A stretch of DNA of 64,000 bases from Vicinamibacterales bacterium (GCA_036401215.1 DASWVN010000240.1:4036-68035), one strand, 5' to 3'. Positions 38,263 to 46,748 are shown, numbered from the stretch's first letter. Program-made: numbers and translations. The notes: generated by a model not told the origin, from the sequence alone.

Positions 38263-38311
38263 GTCAACTCCAAACTTCAAACTCCAAACTCCAAACTCCA
38301 AACTCCAAAAG
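38263..38311. repeat. heptamer tract CCAAACT x about 6 (half-element of the 51 kb palindrome family)
   Basis: caactccaaacttcaaactccaaactccaaactccaaactccaaaa, preceded by ctgacgcgtgt. Confidence 0.9.
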
Positions 38312-38321
38312 GGATGAGGCC

Positions 38322-38978
38322 TTGAAGAAGCTCTTTCCCGTTCTGCTCGTCATTGCCATCGGGCTCTTCGCGTACGCGCCGTTTGCGATCGTCAATGCGC
38401 CCTACGAAGCGACGATGGGGCTCGTGCAGAAGATCTTCTACTTCCACGTCTCGACGGCGATCACGATGTTCGTCGCCGCGTTCACCTGCGGGATCGCGAG
38501 TGCGATCTACCTGTTCGGGGGGCGCCCCGGCGCGGATCGCGTGGGATTTGCGGCGGCGGAGATCACCGTGCTGCTCGGGCTCATCGTGCTGGTGTCGGGG
38601 CCGCTGTGGGCGAGAAAGGCGTGGGGCGTCTGGTGGCAGTGGGACGCGCGGCTGACGTCGACGCTCGTGATGTGGCTCGTGTTCCAGGCCTACCTGCTGC
38701 TGCGGCGATTTGGGGGACCTGGATCGGAGAAGCTGTCGGCGGCGGTCGCGATGTTCGGTGCGGCACTCGTGCCGTTCGTCTACTGGTCGGTGAACCTCTG
38801 GCGGACCGTGCATCCGACGACGAACGTGCTGCCGACGCTCGATCCGTCGATGCGCGGACCGTTTCTCTGGTGCCTGGCTGCCTTCATGTGCCTGTTCGTC
38901 ATGCTGATGGCGGCGCGCGTGGAACTCGAGAAGCGCCGCGCCAGGCTCGACGATCTGTATCTCACTCTCGAGGACTGA
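38322..38978 (+). CDS. ccmC: haem exporter/haem-handling protein CcmC
   Basis: TTG start; W-rich motif WGVWWQWDARLTS. Confidence 0.9.
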   Translation: MKKLFPVLLVIAIGLFAYAPFAIVNAPYEATMGLVQKIFYFHVSTAITMFVAAFTCGIASAIYLFGGRPGADRVGFAAAEITVLLGLIVLVSGPLWARKAWGVWWQWDARLTSTLVMWLVFQAYLLLRRFGGPGSEKLSAAVAMFGAALVPFVYWSVNLWRTVHPTTNVLPTLDPSMRGPFLWCLAAFMCLFVMLMAARVELEKRRARLDDLYLTLED

Positions 38979-38983
38979 GGCTG

Positions 38984-39274
38984 ATGATGACCTGTGTTCG
39001 ATTCGTTCGCGTGGCGCTGGTGGCGATCCTCCTCGCCGGCGCGCCTGCGATTGCAATGGCCCAGACACAGCCCCCGCAGCAGGAGGGCTTCGTCCCCGTC
39101 GATCAGCTGCCGGGCCAGGAGGAACTGCCTGCCGCTCCGCTCGTCGCGGCCGCCTACGGCGTGGCCTGGGCCGCGGTGTTGATTTACCTCTTCTCGATCT
39201 GGAAGCGCCTCGGCACGGTCGAGCGTGAACTCGCCGACGTCACCCGGCGCCTCGAGAGCGGACGGTCCCAATGA
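38984..39274 (+). CDS. ccmD: CcmD-family small membrane protein with N-terminal signal-like segment
   Basis: 96 aa from the in-frame ATG at 38984; AAAYGVAWAAVLIYLFSIWKRLGTVERELADVTRRLE. Confidence 0.65.
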   Translation: MMTCVRFVRVALVAILLAGAPAIAMAQTQPPQQEGFVPVDQLPGQEELPAAPLVAAAYGVAWAAVLIYLFSIWKRLGTVERELADVTRRLESGRSQ

Positions 39275-39438
39275 TCGAAGGGATGACCTCGGCGCACTTC
39301 ATCTTCATCCCCGCCGTCCTGCTCGTCGGCATCGTCATCGGCTGGATCCTCGGTTCCAGAGCCGCCCGCGACGCCTACGCCGCCGAACTCCGTCGAAGAG
39401 AAGAACGCACCCGCAAAGCCACCGGCCGGGCAGAATAG
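39271..39438 (+). CDS. unannotated 55 aa single-TM microprotein, translationally coupled to ccmD-like gene
   Basis: Hand-translated (below the track cut-off): ATGA overlap at 39271-39274; MIEGMTSAHFIFIPAVLLVGIVIGWILGSRAARDAYAAELRRREERTRKATGRAE; stop TAG at 39436-39438. Confidence 0.45.
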   Translation: MIEGMTSAHFIFIPAVLLVGIVIGWILGSRAARDAYAAELRRREERTRKATGRAE

Positions 39439-39439
39439 C

Positions 39440-39790
39440 GACGACAGCCACAGGCCTCAGTCGGACGACAGCCACAGCGGGCTGGATCTCGCGGAGTCCG
39501 CAGAGTTCGCAAAGGGCGCCCCGGGTCGAGCGACGCCTGCGGCCCGCGCTGCGCGCGGGTGTGGCTGGTGGGCAACCGCGCACACGAGCCGCATCCGGCG
39601 CCCCGTAAAGGGGCGCCTACTCCCAGCGGTTCGTGTGCGCGGTTGCCCACCAGCCGCTCCGCCGGCCGCAGGCCGGCGCCGCAGGCTTCGTGGCGCTTCG
39701 ACTTCCAGGCTGCTCCGTGGTCTCTGCGCGCTCTGCGAGTTTCGAACCGGCTGTGAATGCCGTTCGATTGTGTGCTGTGACTGTCGTGGA
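39440..39790. repeat. structured intergenic element: 2x GACGACAGCCACAG, perfect 25 nt inverted repeat with nested GGCGCCCC-GTAAA-GGGGCGCC hairpin, distal partial complement
   Basis: Arms ggctggtgggcaaccgcgcacacga (39563-39587) and tcgtgtgcgcggttgcccaccagcc (39631-39655) are exact reverse complements. Inner hairpin at 39597-39617. Distal ctgtgactgtcgt pairs with acgacagccacag. Confidence 0.9.
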
Positions 39791-39792
39791 CT

Positions 39793-40539
39793 TCAGCGTC
39801 CGAGTGCGAGGCGGTGGGCGAGGCTCGGGGGCAGGCCGGCGCTGAAGATGCGTTTCTGGGCGGCCTCGACGGGGTAGGGGACGCGGCGGAGCGTCAGCAC
39901 CCGCAGGTCGCCGTCGTAGATCGCGAACGCCGCGCGCGGATCGCCGTCGCGGGGCTGGCCGACCGAGCCGGGGTTCACGAGGTAGCGCGCCTCCGCATCG
40001 AAGGGCACCTGCAGTTCTTCGTCGTCCATATGTGGAACGAAGCCCGCGTCGCCGGTCTTGTCCCGGCGATAGATGATCGGCAGGTGCGTGTGACCGAAGA
40101 GGCAGACGGGACGCGAGGCCGCGTCCAGCGCGCGCGACGCGTCGTGGGGATCGAAGACGTAATGGTCCTCGTCGAACGGGGAGCCGTGACAGATCTCGAG
40201 CGAGTCGTCGATGGTCCGCGGCCCCGGCGGCAGGCGCTCGAGGTACATGCGGTTCTCGGGCGTGAGCGTCTGCGCCGTCCATAAGGCGGCGGTTCGAGCG
40301 ACGTGATTGAAGTCGCTGGCATCGGCGAGGCGGCATGCGGCCTTGTCGTGATTGCCGCGGATCACGGCGAGCGGATCGAGGGCGATCACGCGCTCGATGA
40401 CGGCGTTCGGCTCGGCGCCATAACCGACCAGGTCCCCGAGCACCAGCACGCGGTCCCACGTCGTTCGCGGCGCGGCCGCGAGCACGGTGTCGAGGGCATC
40501 GACGTTGGCGTGGATGTCGGAGAGGATCAGGAAACGCAT
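39793..40539 (-). CDS. metallophosphoesterase (YfcE/MJ0936-like)
   Basis: Starts MRFLILSDIHANVDAL; GDLVGYG, GNHD, GHTH motifs. Confidence 0.88.
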   Translation of the reverse strand: MRFLILSDIHANVDALDTVLAAAPRTTWDRVLVLGDLVGYGAEPNAVIERVIALDPLAVIRGNHDKAACRLADASDFNHVARTAALWTAQTLTPENRMYLERLPPGPRTIDDSLEICHGSPFDEDHYVFDPHDASRALDAASRPVCLFGHTHLPIIYRRDKTGDAGFVPHMDDEELQVPFDAEARYLVNPGSVGQPRDGDPRAAFAIYDGDLRVLTLRRVPYPVEAAQKRIFSAGLPPSLAHRLALGR

Positions 40540-41033
40540 TCGATGATTCGCTCGGCGACTTCCTCCGGCCGCGCCGTGCCGTCGACGCGAAACCGGGCCG
40601 CGTGATAGCCGGTCATCCGTGCCGCGAAGAGTCGCTCCATCGCCTGCCGGTCCGCGGCAAGCGGACGCCGGCCATCCTGCGGCATGCGCGCGACCAGCAA
40701 CTCGAACGGGACGTCGAGCCAGACCGACACCCCGTCGCGGTTGATCGCCGCCCGGTTCTCCGGATCCATGAACGTGCCTCCTCCCGTCGCGACCACGACG
40801 TGGCGGAGCGGCAGCAGGAGCTTGAGGATCTCGCGCTCGACCGTCCTGAAGTACGGCTCCCCGTGCTTCTGAAAGATCTCCGCGACCGTCTTCCGCTCGC
40901 GCGCCTCGATCAGTTCGTCGATGTCCTCGGCCCGCCATCCGAGGCGATCGGCGAGCGCACGGGCGACGGTACTCTTGCCCGCCGCCATGAAGCCGACCAG
41001 GTAGATTTTATCGGTGCTGCCGACAGGGCTCAC
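40527..41033 (-). CDS. aroK: shikimate kinase
   Basis: 168 aa; IYLVGFMAAGKSTVARALA. Confidence 0.93.
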   Translation of the reverse strand: MSPVGSTDKIYLVGFMAAGKSTVARALADRLGWRAEDIDELIEARERKTVAEIFQKHGEPYFRTVEREILKLLLPLRHVVVATGGGTFMDPENRAAINRDGVSVWLDVPFELLVARMPQDGRRPLAADRQAMERLFAARMTGYHAARFRVDGTARPEEVAERIIECVS

Positions 41034-41038
41034 GGGTC

Positions 41039-42340
41039 TTATTCCTGCCCGGTGAGCGTGCCGAGCGTTTCGAAGAACGCCGGGTACGACACGGCGGCGG
41101 CGTCCACGCCGATAAGGGAGACCGGACCGGATGCCCGGGTCGCGGCAACCGCGAACGCCATCGCGAGACGATGATCGTGTGCGGCGTCGACCACCCCGGC
41201 GCGAAGCGGACGCGCGGTCAGCGTGAAGCCGTCCTCGTACTCTTCGATCTCGCTTCCGAGCGCGCGGAAGCCCGCTGCGAGGGCGCTGATGCGATCGCTT
41301 TCCTTGACCCTGAGTTCACGGGCGCCTCGAACGGTGAAGGTGTGGCCGGCAGGCATCATGGCCCCGAGTGCGGCAAGCGCGGGGATCTCGTCGATGATGC
41401 CTGGAACTTCGGCCGGGGAGACCTCGAAGCTGCGGGGATCTCCGAACTCGACGCGCAGGCTCCCCATCGGCTCGGCGGACGTTTCATCGTCCAGCCGCGT
41501 CGTCACGCGGGCGCCGGCGCGGCGAAGGACGTCGAGCAGCCCGGTCCTCGTCGGATTCAGGCCAACCGCCTCGACGGTGATATCGCCGCCGGGGGTGCCA
41601 GCCGCCAGGGCGCACCAGAAGGCCGCACCCGAGATGTCCCCGGGGACGTGGAGGTCCCTCGCCTCGAGCGACTGGCCTCCGGCAATCGTGACCGACGAAG
41701 GCGTCCGCACCACCCGGGCACCGAACGTCTGGAATGCGCGCTCCGTATGATCACGAGTCGGCACCGGTTCGTGGACGGTCGTTTCTCCGTCGGTGAGCAG
41801 GCCGGCGAGCAGCACGCAGCTCTTGACTTGCGCGCTCGGAACTTCGGGTGTGTATGAAATGCCGCGCAACCGTCCGCCGTCGATGACCAGGGGAGGACGG
41901 CCATCATGCGAGCCGATGCGAGCCCCCATCGCGGTCAGCGGCGCGATGATCCGGCGCATGGGACGGCGGCGGAGCGAGTCATCGCCGGTGATGACGGTTC
42001 TGAAAGGACGGGCCGCGACGATCCCCGAGAGGAGCCGCATGGTCGTGCCGGAGTTGCCGGCGTCGAGCGGACCCGTCGAAGCCGTCAGCCCGGACGGGCC
42101 GCGGCCCGTGATGCTGACGAGGCCGGGCTCCCATTCGATGCCCACGCCGAGCGCCCGGAGGCATGCCAGCGTGGACCGGCAGTCGAAACCGTCGGAGTAG
42201 CCGCGGATCGTCGAGGTTCCATGCGCGAGAGCCGCCAGCAGGGCGTACCGGTGGGAGATGGATTTGTCGCCGGGCACGGTCACCCGGCCGGCCGCCCGAA
42301 TCGACGGACCGAAGGGACCGATCTGCGCGGTCGTGCACAT
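41039..42340 (-). CDS. aroA: 3-phosphoshikimate 1-carboxyvinyltransferase (EPSP synthase)
   Basis: 433 aa; VPGDKSISHRYALLAAL, LDAGNSGTTMRLL, ...HDHRLAMAFAVA. Confidence 0.95.
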   Translation of the reverse strand: MCTTAQIGPFGPSIRAAGRVTVPGDKSISHRYALLAALAHGTSTIRGYSDGFDCRSTLACLRALGVGIEWEPGLVSITGRGPSGLTASTGPLDAGNSGTTMRLLSGIVAARPFRTVITGDDSLRRRPMRRIIAPLTAMGARIGSHDGRPPLVIDGGRLRGISYTPEVPSAQVKSCVLLAGLLTDGETTVHEPVPTRDHTERAFQTFGARVVRTPSSVTIAGGQSLEARDLHVPGDISGAAFWCALAAGTPGGDITVEAVGLNPTRTGLLDVLRRAGARVTTRLDDETSAEPMGSLRVEFGDPRSFEVSPAEVPGIIDEIPALAALGAMMPAGHTFTVRGARELRVKESDRISALAAGFRALGSEIEEYEDGFTLTARPLRAGVVDAAHDHRLAMAFAVAATRASGPVSLIGVDAAAVSYPAFFETLGTLTGQE

Positions 42341-42474
42341 TCTTCGGACTATAGCATTCGCGTACTGGCGGAATTCGGTTTAGTATTGCTGATCGAACCC
42401 GTGCACCCGGAGACCGTTCTGTTGTCCACGTTCCCTGCGCCGCGCGCTCGGCGTGCCGCCGGAGGCTCGCGCTG

Positions 42475-42918
42475 ATGCCGGTTCGCGGCGGTACCGTCCG
42501 GCTGGAAATCCCCAGCAACTTCGAACTGCTCGACGTGATCCAGGCGGCCAGCGACCGGCTCGCGGTGCTCGCCGGGCTCGACGAGGACGCCGTCCACTGG
42601 ATCGGCGTGGCCGTGCGCGAGTCGGTCATCAATGCCATCAAGCATGGGAACCGGGAAGACTACGGCAAGCTCGTGATGATCGAGTTCTCGATCGCCCCCG
42701 TCATCGCCCCCACCGAGTTCGTCGTCCGCGTCGTCGACCAGGGTGAGGGGTTCGAGCCCGAAGAAGTCGCCGATCCCCTGGCCCCCGAGAACATCCTGAA
42801 GTCGAGCGGACGCGGCATCTTCTTCATGCGCAGCTTCATGGACGATGTCGTCCTGCGACGCGGGTCTGAAGGCGGGATGGAAGTACGCATGGTCAAGAAG
42901 CTCGCTGCCGGTGCCTGA
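42475..42918 (+). CDS. anti-sigma regulatory factor type Ser/Thr kinase (RsbW/SpoIIAB-like HATPase_c)
   Basis: 147 aa; ESVINAIKHGN, VVDQGEGF, SGRGIFFM. Confidence 0.8.
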   Translation: MPVRGGTVRLEIPSNFELLDVIQAASDRLAVLAGLDEDAVHWIGVAVRESVINAIKHGNREDYGKLVMIEFSIAPVIAPTEFVVRVVDQGEGFEPEEVADPLAPENILKSSGRGIFFMRSFMDDVVLRRGSEGGMEVRMVKKLAAGA

Positions 42919-43741
42919 CCGGATCCCACCCGAATACCTCGCGACAGCCATCGAAGCCGTGATCCGCGCCGGTGACGTGCAGATGACGCGGGTCGGCGAG
43001 GCCATGCAGATCGAGAAGAAGGGGCTCATCGATCTCGTCACCGAGACCGATCGCGAGATCGAGCGCGAGTTCCGGGAGCTGATCGCGGCGCGGTTCCCCC
43101 ATCATGACGTGCTGGGCGAGGAGTACTCGGCGGCGGGGGAACGCGAGCGCGTTCCGGAGTTCTGCTGGTTGTTCGATCCGATCGACGGCACCACGAACTT
43201 CGCGCACGGGCTGCCGATCTTCTGCTCCTCACTCGCGCTCGAGATCAACGGGCAGGCGGTCGTCGCCGCCGTGTACGATCCCAACCGGCGCGAGTTGTTT
43301 ACAGCCGAACGCGGGAGCGGGGCCTGGTTGAACGGCACGCCGATCCGCGTGACGGCGGAGAAGCGGTTGATCGATTCGCTCCTGTGCACGGGCTTCCCGT
43401 ATCACGTCCAGCAGAAGCCGGACGAACTCGTCGGACTCTTCGCGCATTTTCTCGGCATTGCACGCGCGGTGCGCCGGCTCGGATCGGCCGCCATCGACCT
43501 GTGCTACGTCGCGGCCGGGCGGCTCGACGGGTTCTGGGAAATGCATCTCGGTCCATGGGACATCGCGGCCGGGGCGCTGCTCGTCGAGGAGGCTGGCGGC
43601 CGTGTGACGGCCACCGACGGCGCCCCGTTCTCGGCGCGAAAGGGGAACGTCCTGGCGACCAACGGCGGGATTCACGAGCAGATGCTCACCGCCATTGCCG
43701 AGTATCAAGCGGACTTCCGTTCACGAAACCGGACGGACTGA
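42911..43741 (+). CDS. inositol monophosphatase family protein
   Basis: In-frame GTG at 42911; DLVTETDREIE, WLFDPIDGTTNF, ...WDIAAGALLVEEAGG. Confidence 0.9.
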   Translation: MPDRIPPEYLATAIEAVIRAGDVQMTRVGEAMQIEKKGLIDLVTETDREIEREFRELIAARFPHHDVLGEEYSAAGERERVPEFCWLFDPIDGTTNFAHGLPIFCSSLALEINGQAVVAAVYDPNRRELFTAERGSGAWLNGTPIRVTAEKRLIDSLLCTGFPYHVQQKPDELVGLFAHFLGIARAVRRLGSAAIDLCYVAAGRLDGFWEMHLGPWDIAAGALLVEEAGGRVTATDGAPFSARKGNVLATNGGIHEQMLTAIAEYQADFRSRNRTD

Positions 43742-43934
43742 CGCTCGCGCAGGACACCGCCGAACGCCGCGACTTTCAGGATCCAACTGCCAAATGCCCG
43801 TCTCCAACGTTCGAGATTCGGGTATAACGGCAACGATTTCCTTCCCAAAGGGTCTCCGGCTCGAGTGCCCGGGCCCTTGGCATCCTTCCTGCTGAGCAGC
43901 AAAGCGAATGCATGAATCGCGCGGAGCAGACATC

Positions 43935-44681
43935 ATGAGAAAAAGTGTGTGGCGACCCCTGCAGATCATCTTTGGCGCCCTGGCCATCATCACCGTGGTG
44001 GCACCGTCGCCGGCGGACGCCCAGATCAGGCGGGTGAGCAGCAGCAGCGACTGGCGTCAGGCCATCGGGTTCAACATCGGCTACTTCGTCGTGAAGGGGG
44101 AAGACTCGCGCGGCGAAGACGACGTCCTCTTCCGGGACCTGGACTCGCTGCTGTTCGACATCAAGGATTTCAACGGCCCGACGTTCGGCGCCGAATGGCT
44201 GGTGGGCGTCACGGACTACATCGAAGTCGGCGCCGGGGTGAACTACTACCAGCAGACGGTTCCGAGCATCTATCGCTTCCTCCAGCATGAGTCCGGGGCC
44301 GAGATCGAGCAGGACCTGAAACTCCGTCAGGTTCCGATCAATGCGACCGTCCGCTTCCTGCCGATCGGCCGCAACGCCGCCGTGCAGCCGTACATCGGCG
44401 CGGGCATTGGGTTCATCAACTGGCGCTACACGGAAACCGGTGAGTTCGTCGACGCCAACAGCGAGACCTTCCGCGCGACGTTCGAAGCCAACGGCACGGA
44501 GGTCGGTCCGGTGATCCTGGGCGGCATCCGGTTCCCCGTCTCAGACGTGTGGCTCGCCGGCGCGGAATTCCGCTGGCACTCGGCAGAGGGGGATACCGGC
44601 GGATTCGACGAAGGCTTCCTCGGCGAGAAGATCGAACTGGGCGGCTGGTCAACGAACTTCGCGATCCACTTCCGGTTCTGA
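43935..44681 (+). CDS. outer-membrane beta-barrel protein (OmpW/OmpA-like porin family)
   Basis: Signal MRKSVWRPLQIIFGALAIITVVAPSPADAQ; alternating beta pattern; C-terminal ...FAIHFRF. Confidence 0.8.
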   Translation: MRKSVWRPLQIIFGALAIITVVAPSPADAQIRRVSSSSDWRQAIGFNIGYFVVKGEDSRGEDDVLFRDLDSLLFDIKDFNGPTFGAEWLVGVTDYIEVGAGVNYYQQTVPSIYRFLQHESGAEIEQDLKLRQVPINATVRFLPIGRNAAVQPYIGAGIGFINWRYTETGEFVDANSETFRATFEANGTEVGPVILGGIRFPVSDVWLAGAEFRWHSAEGDTGGFDEGFLGEKIELGGWSTNFAIHFRF

Positions 44682-44690
44682 TCGCGTGTA

Positions 44691-44946
44691 GGGAACAGGG
44701 AACAGGGAACAGGGATCAGGGAACAGGGAACAGGGAACAGGGATCAGGGAACAGGGATCAGGGAACAGGGAACAGGGAACAGGGAGCAGGGAACAGGGAG
44801 CAGGGAACAGGGAACAGGGAACAGGGAACAGGGAACAGGGAGCAGGGAGCAGGGAACAGGGAACAGGGAACAGGGAACAGGGAGCAGGGAACAGGGAGCA
44901 GGGAACAGGGAGCAGGGAACAGGGAACAGAGAGACAGGGAACAGGG
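44691..44946. repeat. about 36 tandem heptamers GGGAACA (variants GGGATCA, GGGAGCA)
   Basis: Read directly. Preceded by tgatcgcgtgta, immediately after the OMP stop. Confidence 0.95.
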
Positions 44947-45003
44947 GGGCTCAGGGAATTGGTCCAGGAACGGTGAAGGGCGCGGCTTCAGTCTGCGCCG
45001 GCT

Positions 45004-45108
45004 CCCTAATCCCTAATCCCTAATCCCTAATCCCTAATCCCTAATCCCTAATCCCTGATCCCTGATCCCTGATCCCTGATCCCTGATCCCCGATCCCTGA
45101 TCCCTACT
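45004..45108. repeat. about 15 tandem heptamers: CCCTAAT x7, then CCCTGAT x about 7
   Basis: Read directly. Roughly 6/7 complementary per unit to the GGGAACA array. Overlaps the 3' end of the 45034-46656 CDS. Confidence 0.95.
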
Positions 45109-46656
45109 CGCTCGATACAGCCTGGCGCCGCCGCCTTCAGCCACCTTCTCGAATCCATCCAGCCAGCGCTCCCGCTGCGACGCGTGATGCAGCGTATCGC
45201 CGCCTTCCGCCGATCCCTCGATGACCAGCCAGCCGGCATGGCCGCGCGGCCGCAGCATCGCGAAGTGCCAAATCTCGCCATTCCCCTCGTGCAGGAAGTC
45301 CTTGATGTCGAACCCGGCGAGCGAGAGATCGTGCATGTAGTGCCCGAGGGAGCCCATGCTCATCATGATCTCGGTGCCGTCGTAGTGGTCCTGGAGGTAG
45401 GCCGTGATGGCGCGCCGGCCGGCCATGTTCCTGGCCTCGCGCTGTGACTCGCGGACGAGCGGCGCCTCGTGATCGAGCGGCCACGCCTGCCGCACCGTGA
45501 CGAGGACCAGCACGATCGCGACGATCGGACGCAGCGGACGCCACAGCACCGCGATCCCGCCGGCCGCCGCCGCCGCGCACGCGATGACCAGCGGCGTGTC
45601 GTAACGGATCCGGAACGGATGCCCTTCCATGTACGCGGAGATCGGCAGGGCCGCCGCCGCGAACAATGCGGTGATCAGCACCAGCGACGCGCGGTGCTTC
45701 GAGCGGACCATCGCCCACGCCAGCAGCGCGGCGCCCACGAACCCTGCGCGTGGGAGCGCCGTGCCCGCCAGGTCATAAAGTCCCTCTCGCAGCTGTCGCC
45801 ACGCAACGAGCGGACGACCCATTGCTTCCGTGTTCTCCGGCACGAAGAAGTCTCTCGGGACGAACCACGAACCGATGACCCACCGGCTGTTGGCCGAAAA
45901 GACGAGGATCGCAATGGCCGGCCACAGCGCAAGCCGCAGCACATCGGTGAGCGCCCGGCGTACCGGCACACCCCGGCGGAGCATCACGCCGAAGGCGAGC
46001 AGAAGGATCGCGGCCGTGATCGGCCAGGCTTCGTAACGGGTCAGGCACGCGGCCGCGAGCGCGATCCCGGGCAGGGTGTGACGTCTTTGGCTCTCGCTCG
46101 CGCCGCTTCCGCCTTCAGCCGGAACGCGGGCGTCCGCCCAGGCGGCGGTCGTCGCCACGGCGAACAACGTGAGTCCGAACAAGAGCGGTTCGGTCATCGG
46201 CGTGCTCTGAAGGTAGAGCACGTTCGGATTGATCATCAGCAGCACTGCGCCCGTGCCGGCCGCGACGACGGATCCGGTCGTCCGCAGCACGAGCGAGGCG
46301 AGCGAGCCTGCGCCAAGCGCCATCGAGAGGATCGAGATCGCGACCGCTGACACGCCGCTGCGATACCAGGCGTCCACCTGCACGGGCAGCATGTTCAGCA
46401 GGTGCGGCAGCGGCAGCCACACGGCCCCGATCTGCTGCCATCCCGGCGTGAGGCTGTCGAGGATCCGGCGCGCGACGACGAGATGCGCGCGCGCGTCGTA
46501 GTGGGCCAGCGTCAGACCGAGGGCGGAGTAGTGGAGCGCCGCGAGGGTCCCGGCGAGCGCCACGCACACGGCGAGGCCGAGCGTGATGATGCGATGTCGG
46601 TGCAGGGCCACTACCAGGCCGCTGGAATATGCCGGCCTGGATGGTAAATGGAACAT
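45034..46656 (-). CDS. polytopic membrane protein, GT-C fold glycosyltransferase-like (ArnT/PMT-like)
   Basis: 540 aa, many TM segments with a first-loop acidic motif region (HYDARAHLVVARRI) and a C-terminal soluble domain. The last about 25 aa (RDQGSGIRDQGSGIRDQGLGIRD) are encoded by the heptamer array. Start is uncertain (it lies inside a repeat). Confidence 0.7.
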   Translation of the reverse strand: MFHLPSRPAYSSGLVVALHRHRIITLGLAVCVALAGTLAALHYSALGLTLAHYDARAHLVVARRILDSLTPGWQQIGAVWLPLPHLLNMLPVQVDAWYRSGVSAVAISILSMALGAGSLASLVLRTTGSVVAAGTGAVLLMINPNVLYLQSTPMTEPLLFGLTLFAVATTAAWADARVPAEGGSGASESQRRHTLPGIALAAACLTRYEAWPITAAILLLAFGVMLRRGVPVRRALTDVLRLALWPAIAILVFSANSRWVIGSWFVPRDFFVPENTEAMGRPLVAWRQLREGLYDLAGTALPRAGFVGAALLAWAMVRSKHRASLVLITALFAAAALPISAYMEGHPFRIRYDTPLVIACAAAAAGGIAVLWRPLRPIVAIVLVLVTVRQAWPLDHEAPLVRESQREARNMAGRRAITAYLQDHYDGTEIMMSMGSLGHYMHDLSLAGFDIKDFLHEGNGEIWHFAMLRPRGHAGWLVIEGSAEGGDTLHHASQRERWLDGFEKVAEGGGARLYRASRDQGSGIRDQGSGIRDQGLGIRD

Positions 46657-46748
46657 GGCAAATGGAAAAGCCCCCTTGATTGGGGGAGCTTAACCATCTT
46701 CCATTTACCATCTTCCATGCAGGATGCGGTTTCCAGCATCCTGCCTAG
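46641..46748 (+). repeat. repeat family B copy 1 (GGTAAATGG/CCATCTT heptamer hairpin plus gcaggatgc...gcatcctgc hairpin plus CTAG)
   Basis: The core ccatcttccatttaccatcttccatgcaggatgcggtttccagcatcctgcctag is nearly identical to 63529-63582. Confidence 0.9.

Noticed and set aside
44549-45016. 155 aa ORF encoding QGTGNRE repeats
   Set aside because: It is simply the translation of the GGGAACA heptamer array, which runs on from the 3' end of the OMP gene in another frame. There is no start context or domain.
45004-45052. Telomere-like CCCTAAT repeats
   Set aside because: These resemble eukaryotic CCCTAA(A) telomere units only superficially. They are internal to a bacterial gene-dense contig, flanked by bacterial genes, and grade into CCCTGAT units belonging to the local palindrome.
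44691-45108. Possible CRISPR array
   Set aside because: The units are 7 nt and directly tandem, with no unique spacers, and there are no cas genes in the window. The same applies to all the other heptamer tracts.
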